Source of the DNA: Alphaproteobacteria bacterium
Lineage (GTDB): Bacteria > Pseudomonadota > Alphaproteobacteria > UBA828
DNA: 64,000 bases
Assembly: GCA_965214705.1 (NCBI GenBank)
Contig: OZ243972.1
Span: 3,552,001 to 3,616,000, forward strand
Direction: 5' to 3'
A model generated the notes under the pieces. It saw only the letters and a list, made by a program, of their open reading frames with translations, was not told the DNA's origin and ran no database searches. The position numbers and the translations under genes were made by a program. Shown here piece after piece: positions 42,229 through 53,081 of this stretch (the first letter of the stretch is position 1; each line of letters starts with the position of its first letter).

Positions 42229-44388
42229 CCCAAGTTGGCACTTTTCCGCTGCCTGTGTTCCCTATTGGTTTGATTCAACGCGATATTTTTCTCGGTCGAT
42301 TCCAACATGGCCCCACATTTTGTGAGATTCTGTCAGCTCATCAGACGGGTCCTCGTGCGGTGGATGGCGGGGTCCACGCCCGCCGCCGAGGAGATTGCGG
42401 CAACCTCGGCGGCCGGGCGCGTGTCCTGGCGGTTGACGATCAAGGTGCCGTCGGTCTGGCGCAGGCGCGTGGTGATCCGCACCCAGGTCCGCATGCTCTC
42501 GCGGATCGACGCCCAGCACTTGTGGATGCCGCGCGCGGCCAGCCGGGTACGGATCAGATGCACGGCGTGGTAGGCCAGCACGGCGATCAGCAGGTGGGCC
42601 GCGATGCGCCGGTCGAGCTGGTGCCAGATCGGGCGAAGGCCGAGCTCGGATTTCAGGCTCCGGAATGTCGCCTCGATATCCGTGATCCGCCAGTACGTCC
42701 GCAGGACCGTCTCGATGTCCCAGTCGACGTGGCTGGTGCGCAGCACATAGGCACCGGCGCCCTCATCGGCCTCGTCGTATCGCGGCCTGCGCTTGAAGCG
42801 CACGGCGGTGGCATTGGGGCCGGTTTTCGCCCTCTCGACCGTGATCTCGTAGTGCCTGGCGACGGCGGAGAAGCGCTGCTTGAGGCGGCCTATGCTCTCC
42901 AGCACCTTGTCGTAGCGCTTGAGGCGGCCCTTGACCGGGAGGCCGCCGTGGAGCCTTTCCAGCGCCGCCTCGAAGCGGTTCCGCCTCAGGCCGATGATCG
43001 CGTTCTCGGCCTTCTTCTTGCCCTCGCTGACGACGTAGAGCCGCGCCTCGCCGTCCTCGCTGGCAAGCCGCCAGGCCCGCACCTCGTGGCGCGCGCTGGT
43101 GATCAGCAGGGCCTCGGGTCCGCCCTCGGGCGGCGCAGGCCTGGCACCGCGGCTGACCGCGATCCAGTCGTAGCCCTGCTCGCCCAGCCACGCGATGTTT
43201 TTCTCGGTGGCGATGCCCGCGTCCATGACCACCGTGGGCTTCGCCGCCGTGCCGCCGCACACCGCCTCGAGCCGCGCCAGCGCCTCGTGCAGCGTGCCCG
43301 GCTCGCTCACGTTGCCCGGCAGGATCTCGCAACTGCGCGGGAAGCCCGCGCCGTCGAGCGCCAGCGCCAGCGTGATGAGGGGACAGTCGTCGCGCTTCTG
43401 CTTGGAGCGCCCGAACCTGGGAAGCTCGCCGCCCGTGTGGCCGTGGTAGTGGACGTTGGTGAGATCGTAGAAGGCGATCGTCTCGGGCAGGTCGAGCAGT
43501 GCGCGCTCACGGTTGAACAGCTCCCGCTGGATGGCGGCGCGGTGGCGCCAGAGCAGGTCGCCGATGCGGTAGAGCGTCTTGCGCCGCAGCGCCTTGCGGT
43601 CGCCCTCCAGGCCCAGGAGCTCGGCGGCCGCGCTGTCGTGGCGGAGCCAGCGGCTGGTATCACGCTCGCTGGCGGGATGGACCATCCTGGCGACGATCAG
43701 CGCGCTGGCGATGCGCCCGTCGCGGCCCTTGATGTCGAGGCCGTGGAGGATTTCGGCGAAGCCGAGGGCGTCGAGGGCCTTGAGGCACAGGCGCTCGCAG
43801 CCGACCGTGCGCGGGTTCTCGTGCTCCAGGGTATCGAGGTCGACGGTGGCGATGTCGGGCTTGCGCGCCTCTTCCTGCATCGCCTCGACGCGGAACCCCC
43901 TGGCCCTGAGCTTGGCGACGATGTCCTCGGCTGCGGCCCGCACATCCGCCTCGCCCTCGAACAGCGGCGGCTTGCCGTGAAGCAGCGCCTCGGCGAGTTC
44001 GGTGACGGCCTTCCACTTCTCGCGCGGCACCGGATAGTCGGTGCCGAGATTGAGCAGCGTCCTGTGGCGCACCTTGTCGCCGACGCGCTGGGCGAGCACG
44101 AGGCGATGGCTTCGGACCGGCTGGCCGGCCTTGTCGGTGTGTGTCCTGGTTGCCTTGATGTACATGGCGGCGCCGTTTCTGCGATGCCTGTTTCGCATAC
44201 ACGGCGTTCGCGGCATCTGGCAAGAGGGATATCGACTCAACTCCAAAGTCCTGGCCCCACAATTGGCTTCCAGGACCACGAATGGCAAATGTGGGTCTCA
44301 GGTGTCCTCCAACCCCAACATCTAGTGGTTCAGCGCCGCAAAACTGGCTCGAACAGGCTCGGCTGGTCGGAAAAAGTGCCAACTTGGG
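42229..44388 (-). mobile_element. IS1634-family insertion sequence, 2160 bp
   Basis: Terminal IRs CCCAAGTTGGCACTTTTCCG / CCCAAGTTGGCACTTTTTCCG; 4-bp duplication TTGG at 42225-42228 and 44389-44392. Confidence 0.92.
42333..44165 (-). CDS. IS1634-family DDE transposase
   Basis: [46 protein letters not shown]. Confidence 0.9.
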   Translation of the reverse strand: MYIKATRTHTDKAGQPVRSHRLVLAQRVGDKVRHRTLLNLGTDYPVPREKWKAVTELAEALLHGKPPLFEGEADVRAAAEDIVAKLRARGFRVEAMQEEARKPDIATVDLDTLEHENPRTVGCERLCLKALDALGFAEILHGLDIKGRDGRIASALIVARMVHPASERDTSRWLRHDSAAAELLGLEGDRKALRRKTLYRIGDLLWRHRAAIQRELFNRERALLDLPETIAFYDLTNVHYHGHTGGELPRFGRSKQKRDDCPLITLALALDGAGFPRSCEILPGNVSEPGTLHEALARLEAVCGGTAAKPTVVMDAGIATEKNIAWLGEQGYDWIAVSRGARPAPPEGGPEALLITSARHEVRAWRLASEDGEARLYVVSEGKKKAENAIIGLRRNRFEAALERLHGGLPVKGRLKRYDKVLESIGRLKQRFSAVARHYEITVERAKTGPNATAVRFKRRPRYDEADEGAGAYVLRTSHVDWDIETVLRTYWRITDIEATFRSLKSELGLRPIWHQLDRRIAAHLLIAVLAYHAVHLIRTRLAARGIHKCWASIRESMRTWVRITTRLRQTDGTLIVNRQDTRPAAEVAAISSAAGVDPAIHRTRTRLMS

Positions 44389-44977
44389 TTGGGCTCGCGC
44401 TCTTCATCAAGGGCCTGGAAATGGGCCTCTTCCCGCTCGGCGAGGGTCTGGCCCAGGGGTTTGCGCAGAAGGGGAGCCTGTTCTGGCTCCTCGTCTTTTC
44501 CTTCGCGCTCGGCTTCGGAACTACCGTCGCGGAGCCTGCGCTGATCGCCGTCACGGCAGAGGCCGCCCGGGTCGCCGCCGACGCCGGAGTCGTCGCGGCC
44601 GATGCGGACGCCATGGACTCCTACGCGCTCGGCTTGCGCTACACGGTCGCCGTCTCGGTCGGCGTCGGTATCACGCTCGGCGTGCTTCGTATCCTCAAGG
44701 GCTGGCCGCTCCACTATTGGATCATCGGCGGCTACATCATCGCCGTCGGCCTCACCTTCATCGCGCCCGATGAAATCGTCGGCATCGCCTACGATTCCGG
44801 TGGGGTCACGACGTCCACCATCACCGTGCCCATGGTGACGGCCCTCGGCGTCGGCCTGGCCGCGTCGATCCGCGGGCGCAACCCGCTGATCGACGGCTTC
44901 GGGCTCATCGCCTACGCGAGCCTCACGCCCATCATCTTCGTGCTCATCTTCGGCATGGTGACTTAGGGCGTGGCGCG

Positions 44978-45100
44978 ATGGAGTTGATCTCTCTCATATT
45001 GTCCGCCGGCCTCGATACGGTGCAGGACGTCGCCCCGCTGGTCGGACTCGTTCTCTTGATGCGGATGCTCGTCACGGTCTTCCGGGGTGCGGCATGGTAG
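44978..45100 (+). CDS. 40-aa hydrophobic peptide paralogous to the DUF1538 N-terminus
   Basis: MELISLILSAGLDTVQDVAPLVGLVLLMRMLVTVFRGAAW*; fills the gap between the two DUF1538 genes and overlaps the next ATG. Confidence 0.5.
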   Translation: MELISLILSAGLDTVQDVAPLVGLVLLMRMLVTVFRGAAW

Positions 45101-45882
45101 ACATTCTTGTCGTCTTACCGTCGGTGGGCCTCGATACGGTGCGCGACATCGTGCCGCTGCTCGCCATCGTGCTGTTCTTCCAGATCGTCGTCCTGCGCCA
45201 GCGCCCGGCGAATCTCGGTCGGATCGTGGTCGGCTTCGTCTATGTCGTCGTCGGACTCGTGTTATTCCTCATCGGGCTGGAGGAGGCGCTCTTCCCTCTC
45301 GGCAAGACGATGGCTGCCCAACTGACCGACCCGGCCTTCCTCGGCCTTGCGGCGGGCGCGACCGCTCATTGGCTCGACTATGGCTGGATCTACGCCTTTG
45401 CGGCAGCCATCGGCTTCGGCACCACCATCGCGGAGCCGTCGCTCATGGCCGTTGCGCGCAAGGCCGGCGCCGTCTCGGGCGGGACGATCAACCCCTGGGG
45501 TCTAAGGATTGCAGTTGCCGCGGGCGTTGCCGTCGGGGTCGGGGTGGGGACCGTCCGCATCGTTACCGGAATACCGCTCCACTATCTGTTCATGGGCGCC
45601 TACGCGCTCGTGATCCTGCTGACCATCTTCGCCTCGCGCAGCATCATTGCGCTCGCCTACGATTCGGGCGGCGTCACGTCGTCGACCGTGACCGTGCCGC
45701 TGGTGGCCGCTTTGGGGCTCGGCCTCGCCGCCAACGTGCCGGGGCGTAGCCCGATGCTCGATGGCTTCGGCCTTATCGCGTTCGCATGTGTGTTTGCCGT
45801 CATCGCTGTGCTGGGGTTTACCCAGCTTTCGTCGGCGCTCGCCGCCCTGCGCAAGCGCCGATCATCCGGGAAAGGAACCTGA
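45094..45882 (+). CDS. DUF1538 family membrane protein
   Basis: [40 protein letters not shown]. Confidence 0.88.
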   Translation: MVDILVVLPSVGLDTVRDIVPLLAIVLFFQIVVLRQRPANLGRIVVGFVYVVVGLVLFLIGLEEALFPLGKTMAAQLTDPAFLGLAAGATAHWLDYGWIYAFAAAIGFGTTIAEPSLMAVARKAGAVSGGTINPWGLRIAVAAGVAVGVGVGTVRIVTGIPLHYLFMGAYALVILLTIFASRSIIALAYDSGGVTSSTVTVPLVAALGLGLAANVPGRSPMLDGFGLIAFACVFAVIAVLGFTQLSSALAALRKRRSSGKGT

Positions 45883-45885
45883 ACG

Positions 45886-46236
45886 ATGCGTTTCAAGCTC
45901 ATCATGGCGCTCGTGGATTCGGGCGAGACCGATGCCGTTCTCGCCGCCGGCCGTCGCACCGGGGCGACCGGTGCTACAATCATCACCGGCTGCCGCGGCG
46001 AGGGGCTCGAGCCGCAGCAAACCTTTCTCGGCTTGAGGCTGACTGGCCAGCGCGACATCGTGATGTTCCTCGTGGAAGAGCATATGAGCCGCAACGTCCT
46101 TGAGGAGATTGCGACTGCCGGGGCCTTCGAGGAGAAGTCAGGGACGGGGATCGCGTTCCAGATTGCCATCGAAGACGCGATCGGCCTTTCCCATCAGATC
46201 GCCGAGATCAAGCACGAGATCGAGGACCAGATATGA
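45886..46236 (+). CDS. PII-like signal transduction protein
   Basis: MRFKLIMALV, GATGATI, RGEG, GTGIAF PII-fold motifs; short T-loop without Tyr. Confidence 0.85.
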   Translation: MRFKLIMALVDSGETDAVLAAGRRTGATGATIITGCRGEGLEPQQTFLGLRLTGQRDIVMFLVEEHMSRNVLEEIATAGAFEEKSGTGIAFQIAIEDAIGLSHQIAEIKHEIEDQI

Positions 46237-46694
46237 GCAGGAAGGCAAACACGGCCACGGCAGAAGCGCAGGGTGCGCAGCTCAACACGGTGCGCGCGGT
46301 GATGTCGCCGCCGATGCCGGCGCCGATCAACGGCGTGGCCACGGTGCACGAGGCTCTCCAAGTGATGCGCGAGAACAACGTGTACTCGCTCGTGGTCGAG
46401 CGCCGCCGGCCCGGCGACGAGTACGGCATGGTCGTGATCTCCGACATCGCCAACAAGGTGATCGCGGACAACCGCTCGCCCGACCGGGTGAATGTCTACG
46501 AGATCATGTCGAAGCCGGTGCTCACCATCAGCGCCGACATGGAGATCAAGTACGCGATCCGCCTGCTTGGTCGATTCGGCCTCTCGCGCAGCGTGGTGGT
46601 CGACGGCAACGAGGCGGTCGGCTTCGTCACGCTGACCGACATGGTCTTTCGCTACTACGAGCAGGAGGCGAGGCGGCAGGAGGCGAGCGGGTAG
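46233..46694 (+). CDS. CBS domain-pair protein
   Basis: VRAVM..., TVHEALQVM, YGMVVISDI, VYEIMSKP, GFVTLTDMV; ATGA overlap with the PII-like gene. Confidence 0.88.
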   Translation: MSRKANTATAEAQGAQLNTVRAVMSPPMPAPINGVATVHEALQVMRENNVYSLVVERRRPGDEYGMVVISDIANKVIADNRSPDRVNVYEIMSKPVLTISADMEIKYAIRLLGRFGLSRSVVVDGNEAVGFVTLTDMVFRYYEQEARRQEASG

Positions 46695-46708
46695 GGCGGC
46701 GGCAAGAG

Positions 46709-47482
46709 ATGACCGTGTCTGACGCAATTCCACGGGCGGCACTGGTCACCGGCGCCGGGGCGCGCATCGGCCGCACCATCGCCGAGGCGCTGGCGCAGGA
46801 CGGCTGGGCGGTCGCGGTGCACCATCGCGAGTCCGGTGATGCCGCCAGGGATGTCGTCGCGGGGATCGAGAGCGCCGGCGGCCGCGCCGTGGCGCTGAGG
46901 GCCGATCTCGCCGAGGAGGGCGAGGTCGAGACCCTGGTGGCGCGCGCGACGGAAGCGCTCGGGCCCCTCGGCTGCCTGGTCAACAACGCCTCTCCGTTCG
47001 AGTGCGACGACCTGCAAAGTACGAGCCGCGCGAGCTGGGATCTCCACATGGCGGTCAATCTGCGCGCGCCCTTCGTGCTGACGCAGAAGTTCGCGGCAGC
47101 GCTGCCGGACGAGGCGGAAGGCTGCATCGTCAACGTGCTCGACCAGCGCGTCTGGAGCCTTACGCCACACTTCATGTCGTACACGCTCAGCAAGGCGGGC
47201 CTCTGGACGCTCACACAGACGGCGGCGCTCGCGCTGGCGCCCCGCATCCGGGTGAACGGAATTGGCCCCGGACCGACCCTGCCCAGCGCGCGCCAAAGCT
47301 CCGAACATTTCGCCGCGCAATACGAAGCCACGCCGTTGAAACGCGCCGTGGCCCCCGCCGACATCGCGGACGGCGTGCGGTTTATCCTCGCCTCGCGCGC
47401 GCTGACCGGGCAGATGATTGCCCTGGACAGCGGTCAGCATCTTGGCTGGGCGATGCCACAGGGGAAAGAAGTCCTCGAATGA
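46709..47482 (+). CDS. SDR oxidoreductase, FolM/pteridine reductase-like
   Basis: LVTGAGARIG, LVNNAS, YTLSK, RVNGIGPG; followed by folB. Confidence 0.85.
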   Translation: MTVSDAIPRAALVTGAGARIGRTIAEALAQDGWAVAVHHRESGDAARDVVAGIESAGGRAVALRADLAEEGEVETLVARATEALGPLGCLVNNASPFECDDLQSTSRASWDLHMAVNLRAPFVLTQKFAAALPDEAEGCIVNVLDQRVWSLTPHFMSYTLSKAGLWTLTQTAALALAPRIRVNGIGPGPTLPSARQSSEHFAAQYEATPLKRAVAPADIADGVRFILASRALTGQMIALDSGQHLGWAMPQGKEVLE

Positions 47483-47867
47483 GCACGAAGACCCCAACGC
47501 CGGATCAACCCGCAGCCACGCGGCGCCACCTGCTGATTCGCGACCTCGTCGTGCCCTGCTCGATCGGAGTCCACGAACACGAGCGCCTCGGCACGCAGCG
47601 GGTGCGGATCAACGTCCGCGTGCGCGTTGCCGACGACGAGGGGCCGATCGAGGACAGCATCGCCAACGTCGTCTCTTACGAGACCATCGTGGACGGCATT
47701 CGCGCCATCATCGCCGGCGGTCATATCAACCTGGTGGAGACTTTGGCCGATCGCATCGTCGAGCTCTGCCTCGCCAACCGCCGCGTGCGCAGCGTGTGGG
47801 TGCGGGTCGAGAAGCTCGACCTCTACCCGGATGCCGCGGGCGTGGGCGTCGAAGTGGAGCGCTCCCG

Positions 47868-47871
<4 letters not shown>
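47479..47871 (+). CDS. folB: Dihydroneopterin aldolase
   Basis: IRDL, IGVHEHER, VVSYE, LVETLA, VEK, VGVEVER. Confidence 0.88.
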
Positions 47872-48752
<881 letters not shown>

Positions 48753-48761
48753 GGCCGCGCG

Positions 48762-49430
48762 CTAGCCGATATGGCGTGCGAGGTGGGCGAGGGACCTGTC
48801 GCGGGCGAGCGTGGCGGCCTCCGGATGATAGTCGGCCCGTTGGTCGCAGTTGAAGCCGTGGCCGGCGCCCTGATAGACGTGAACCGTGACGTCCGGGTGG
48901 GTCGTGGTGATCTCGTCCACGTCGGCCATCGGGATGCCCGCGTCTTCGGTGCCGAAGTGGAGCATCGTCGGGCAGGCGGGTGTCTCGCCCACGAACTCGA
49001 TGATCTGGCCGCCGTAGTAGCCGACCGCCGCGTCGATCTCCAGGCGGCAGGCGGCAAGCCAGGCCAGCGAGCCGCCCCAGCAATAGCCCACCACGACCAC
49101 CTTCGGTGCGCCTTCGAGCGCATCCACCCCGGCCTTGATGTCCATGACCGGACCTTCCCAGCCGATATCGGCCTTGTGCCCGCGCCCTTCGTCGACCGTC
49201 TCGGCGCTGTAGCCGAGCTCGATTCCCGGCTCCTTCCGGTCGAACAGGCATGGCGCTATGACGAGATAGCCCTGGGCCGCGTAATCGTCGCAGACCCCTC
49301 TGATGTGGTCGTTGACCCCAAAAATCTCCTGCACGAGCACGAGGCCCGCGCGGGGCTCGCCATCGGGCGCAGCGCGGTAAGCGTTGAGAACGTGACCATC
49401 GTCCGCAGTCAGCTGGACAACTGCGCCCAT
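48762..49430 (-). CDS. Dienelactone hydrolase family protein
   Basis: QEIFGVN, GYCWGG, GHGFNCDQR. Confidence 0.92.
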   Translation of the reverse strand: MGAVVQLTADDGHVLNAYRAAPDGEPRAGLVLVQEIFGVNDHIRGVCDDYAAQGYLVIAPCLFDRKEPGIELGYSAETVDEGRGHKADIGWEGPVMDIKAGVDALEGAPKVVVVGYCWGGSLAWLAACRLEIDAAVGYYGGQIIEFVGETPACPTMLHFGTEDAGIPMADVDEITTTHPDVTVHVYQGAGHGFNCDQRADYHPEAATLARDRSLAHLARHIG

Positions 49431-49551
49431 CGTGGGTGCCTCCCTGATCCCCCATTGTGTTGCGCCCATTCGAGCGCTGGCCCCTCACATAGCAGAAGGG
49501 ACATAGGCACGCCACTCATAGGCAGGCCGTGACTCTGGTGAGAAATGCGGT

Positions 49552-50655
49552 CTACACGTTGAAACGGAACAGCATCACGTCGCCGTCCCGCACGACGTAG
49601 GAGCGCCCCTCCTGGCGCATGCGCCCGGCGGTGCGGGCGGCCTGCTCGCCGCCGAGCGCGATCAGCTCGTTTGCCGGGATGGTCTCGGCGCAGATGAAGC
49701 CGCGTGCGAAATCTGTGTGGATGCGGCCCGCGGCCTCGACCGCCGTGCTGCCCTCGCGAATGGGCCAAGCGCGCGCTTCCGTCTCGGTGGCGGTGAGGAA
49801 GCGGATCAGGCCGAGCAAGCGGTGCCCGGCGTGAATCACGCGGTCCAGGCCCGGCGCTTCGAGTTCGAGGGCTTCGAGGAACTCGCGCTTCTCATCCGGG
49901 TCTTCGAGGAGGGCGATTTCCGCTTCGATCGACGCCGAAACGACCACCTGTTCCGCGCCGGCGGCGGTGGCATGGGCGGCGACGGCCTGACTCATCGCGT
50001 TGCCCGACGCCGCGCTCGCCTCATCGACGTTGCCGACATAGAGCACCGGCTTCGCGCTGAGCAGATTGAGGGCTGCGAATTCGCGCGCGGTCGTCTCGTC
50101 GGGCAGGTGGAGCCCGCGTGCCGGTTGGCCGTTCTCAAGCAGGGCGAGCGCCGGTTCGATCGCCGAGAGCCGATCCTTCGCCTCCTTGTCGCCTCCGCGG
50201 GCGCGCTTGATCGCCGCTTCGCGCTGACGCTCCAGACTTTCAAGGTCGGCCAGCATCAGTTCGGTCTCGATCAGCCCGATGTCGTGCAGGGGATCGACCG
50301 CACCGGAGGCGTGCGCCACCTGGTCGTCCTCGAAGCAGCGGACCAGATGGAGCAGCGCATCGACCTCGCGCACGTGGCCCAGGAAGCGGTTGCCCAGCCC
50401 CTCCCCCTTGCTGGCACCGGCGACGAGGCCGGCGATATCCACCACCTCCAGCACGCTCGGCACGACCTTGCGCGAGCCGGCGAGACGCGCGACCTCGTGG
50501 AGTGCCGAGTCCGGCACCGGCGCGCGCCCGACATTGGGCTCGACGGTGCAGAACGGATAGTTGCCGACCTCGGCCGCACCGCTCGCCACCAGCGCGTTGA
50601 AGAGCGTGGACTTGCCCACATTGGGCAGGCCCACGATGCCGCACCTAAACCCCAC
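49552..50655 (-). CDS. ychF: Redox-regulated ATPase YchF
   Basis: GIVGLPNVGKST, NYPFCT, DIAGLV, GEGLGN, HTDF, FRFNV. Confidence 0.95.
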   Translation of the reverse strand: MGFRCGIVGLPNVGKSTLFNALVASGAAEVGNYPFCTVEPNVGRAPVPDSALHEVARLAGSRKVVPSVLEVVDIAGLVAGASKGEGLGNRFLGHVREVDALLHLVRCFEDDQVAHASGAVDPLHDIGLIETELMLADLESLERQREAAIKRARGGDKEAKDRLSAIEPALALLENGQPARGLHLPDETTAREFAALNLLSAKPVLYVGNVDEASAASGNAMSQAVAAHATAAGAEQVVVSASIEAEIALLEDPDEKREFLEALELEAPGLDRVIHAGHRLLGLIRFLTATETEARAWPIREGSTAVEAAGRIHTDFARGFICAETIPANELIALGGEQAARTAGRMRQEGRSYVVRDGDVMLFRFNV

Positions 50656-51367
50656 CCGACGATCCAGGCGGGGGTTCACCGCCGGCCTGCGCAGGGCTCG
50701 ATCCCGGCGGCGGGGCGAGCAGCGCGACCCGGCTCATGAAGGCACTGGCGTCGCCTGCCATGAGCAGCGGGAAGGCATCGACGATGGCGTCGAGAGTCGG
50801 GTCGAGCCAGATCCGGTCCGACGCGCCGAAGTTGGAGAGCACGTGGCCGGTCATTTGGTCCCGATCGCCGGGGTGGCCGATTCCGATGCGCACACGCCAG
50901 TAATCGGCGCCGATATGAGCGCGGATGCTCCTGAGCCCTTTGTGGCCGGCGACTCCGCCGCCGCACTTAGCGCGAATTTTGCCGGCGGCGAGATCAACTT
51001 CGTCGTGCAGGACGATGACGGCCGTCGGCTCCAGGCGATGGAAGCGCATGGCGGCGCCCACCGCGCGGCCCGAATCGTTCATGTAAGTCTGCGGCTTGAG
51101 AGCGAGCACGGACTCGTCGCCGACGCGGCCCTCGGCGATCTCGCCGTGGAAGCGGGTGCGCCGCTTGAAAGCGCCGAAGCCATGCGCCGCTGCCAGCGCA
51201 TCGAGCGCCATGAAGCCGACGTTGTGGCGATGCCGGGCCGCATCGGCGCCGGGGTTGCCGAGGCCGACCAGCAGGCGGGAAGGAGCGCCGCCCTGGGCGG
51301 CGCGGGAGCGGCGGAAGATGCCCGTGTCAGGAGTCCTCGCTTTCCTCGGCCGGCGCGCCCTCGGCAT
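50645..51367 (-). CDS. pth: Peptidyl-tRNA hydrolase (start uncertain)
   Basis: VGLGNPG, RHNVGF, KPQTYMN, HDEVD, GHKGLRS, RIGIGHPG. Confidence 0.93.
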   Translation of the reverse strand: MPRARRPRKARTPDTGIFRRSRAAQGGAPSRLLVGLGNPGADAARHRHNVGFMALDALAAAHGFGAFKRRTRFHGEIAEGRVGDESVLALKPQTYMNDSGRAVGAAMRFHRLEPTAVIVLHDEVDLAAGKIRAKCGGGVAGHKGLRSIRAHIGADYWRVRIGIGHPGDRDQMTGHVLSNFGASDRIWLDPTLDAIVDAFPLLMAGDASAFMSRVALLAPPPGSSPAQAGGEPPPGSSGGV

Positions 51368-52010
51368 CTTCGGCCCCTTCCTCGGCGCCTTCCTCCAGTT
51401 CCTCGCCCTCTTCGCCTTCTTCCTCCTCGACCGGCTCGACGATGACCGTGGGCGCGGCGATGGTGGCGACGGTGAAGTCGCGATCGGTGATGGTGGGCGT
51501 GACGCCCTCCGGAAGCTCGATGTTGCTGATGTGGATGCTGTCGCCGATCTCGCATCCGGTCACATCCGCCACGAGAAATTCGGGGATCGCTTCGAGCGGA
51601 CACATCAGCTCGACCTCGTGGCGGACGATGTTGAGCACGCCGCCGCGCTTCAGGCCTTCGCACTCCTCCTGACCCTCGAACCGGACCTCCACCCAAACCG
51701 CGAGCGTCGCGCCCGCGACGTAGCGGATGAAGTCGACATGGACCGGCGCATCGCTGACCGGATCGACTTGGACGTCGCGGGCCAGAACGCGAATCACGTC
51801 GCCGTTGACCTTGAGGTCGTAGAGGCGGGCGAAGAAGCCCCGCCGGCCGATCTCGCGCTCCAGCACGTTGTAGTCGAGCGATACGGACAGCGGATCTGCG
51901 CCGCCACCATAGACAATGGCTGGCGTGCGGCCTTCGCGCCTAAGTGCCCGCGCGCCTCCCTTGCCGCGCGGCTCGCGCGGCAGTGCCTCGATCATTGCTT
52001 CGTCACTCAT
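51327..52010 (-). CDS. rplY: 50S ribosomal protein L25/Ctc
   Basis: GKGGARALRREG..PAIVYG, HVDF, GGVL, IGDSIH, acidic tail. Confidence 0.95.
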   Translation of the reverse strand: MSDEAMIEALPREPRGKGGARALRREGRTPAIVYGGGADPLSVSLDYNVLEREIGRRGFFARLYDLKVNGDVIRVLARDVQVDPVSDAPVHVDFIRYVAGATLAVWVEVRFEGQEECEGLKRGGVLNIVRHEVELMCPLEAIPEFLVADVTGCEIGDSIHISNIELPEGVTPTITDRDFTVATIAAPTVIVEPVEEEEGEEGEELEEGAEEGAEDAEGAPAEESEDS

Positions 52011-52041
52011 GGTCTTGGTCTCCGGAATTCTGTCGCGCGCA

Positions 52042-52974
52042 TCAATCGAAGAGGCTCGAGACCGAGGTCTCCGAGCTGATACGGAGAATCGATTCGGCCA
52101 TCAATGGCGCGATTGGGAGCACACGGATGTTGTCCGCGCTCTCCACGGCTTCGGTTGTCTGAATGGTGTCCGTCACGACCAGCGACTCGAGCTCAGACGA
52201 CGAGACCCGTGCCACCGCTTCGCCCGATAGCACCGCGTGAGAGACATAGCCGTGGACCGCCTTCGCACCTGCTTCCTTGAGCGCCGCTGCTGCGTTGCAG
52301 AGAGTCCCTGCCGAATCGACGATGTCGTCCACGATGATGCAGCGCCGACCCTCGACATCGCCGATGATATTCATGACTTCCGATTGGCCCGCACGCTCGC
52401 GCCGCTTGTCAACGATCGAGAGATCGGCCTCGAAGCGCTTGGCCATGGCACGAGCCCGCAGCACGCCGCCCACATCGGGCGAGACGAACATCAGAGGCTC
52501 GTTGTTGTAGTTCAGCCTGATGTCATCGACCATCACCGGCGCCGCGTAGAGATTATCCACCGGAATGTCGAAGAACCCCTGAATCTGTCCGGCGTGCAGG
52601 TCGAGCGTGAGAACCCGGTTGGCGCCGCTCGCCTCGATCAGGTTGGCGACCAGCTTGGCGGAGATCGGCGTGCGTGGCGACGATTTTCGGTCCTGCCGTG
52701 CGTAGCCGAAATAGGGCACCACCGCCGTCACCCGCTGCGCTGAGGCGCGCTTCAGGGCGTCGAGGCAGATCAGCAGCTCCATCAGGTTGTCGTTGGCCGG
52801 TGTCGACGTCGATTGAATCAGGAACACGTCTTCGCCGCGCACGTTCTCCAGAATCTCCACGAAGATCTCGGAATCGGAGAAGCGGCGAATCGAGGCTCGA
52901 GTCAAACCGATGCCGAGCGCCGACGAGATCGCCTCAGCCAGCGGCCGGTTGCTGTTCCCGGCAACGAGCTTCAT
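52042..52974 (-). CDS. prs: Ribose-phosphate pyrophosphokinase
   Basis: [38 protein letters not shown]. Confidence 0.97.
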   Translation of the reverse strand: MKLVAGNSNRPLAEAISSALGIGLTRASIRRFSDSEIFVEILENVRGEDVFLIQSTSTPANDNLMELLICLDALKRASAQRVTAVVPYFGYARQDRKSSPRTPISAKLVANLIEASGANRVLTLDLHAGQIQGFFDIPVDNLYAAPVMVDDIRLNYNNEPLMFVSPDVGGVLRARAMAKRFEADLSIVDKRRERAGQSEVMNIIGDVEGRRCIIVDDIVDSAGTLCNAAAALKEAGAKAVHGYVSHAVLSGEAVARVSSSELESLVVTDTIQTTEAVESADNIRVLPIAPLMAESILRISSETSVSSLFD

Positions 52975-53081
52975 CGATGACGGTTCCCTGGAGCGTGGAT
53001 CGGGGCAAGACCCGCAGGGCCGCCCTGCAGGCCCCGAAGGCGCGCGGACTGTATCAATCTGCCCCTGCCCTGTAAACGCCG

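Larger units (their letters stand above)
41990..44966 (+). pseudogene. DUF1538 family membrane protein interrupted by an IS1634-family element
   Basis: 41990-42228 and 44393-44966 join in frame (...[23 protein letters not shown]...); [29 protein letters not shown] motifs. Confidence 0.88.

Noticed and set aside
42225-44966. 913-aa plus-strand ORF spanning the IS1634 element
   Set aside because: It is the antisense frame of the transposase running into the 3' half of the DUF1538 gene, and it is out of frame with the true 5' half
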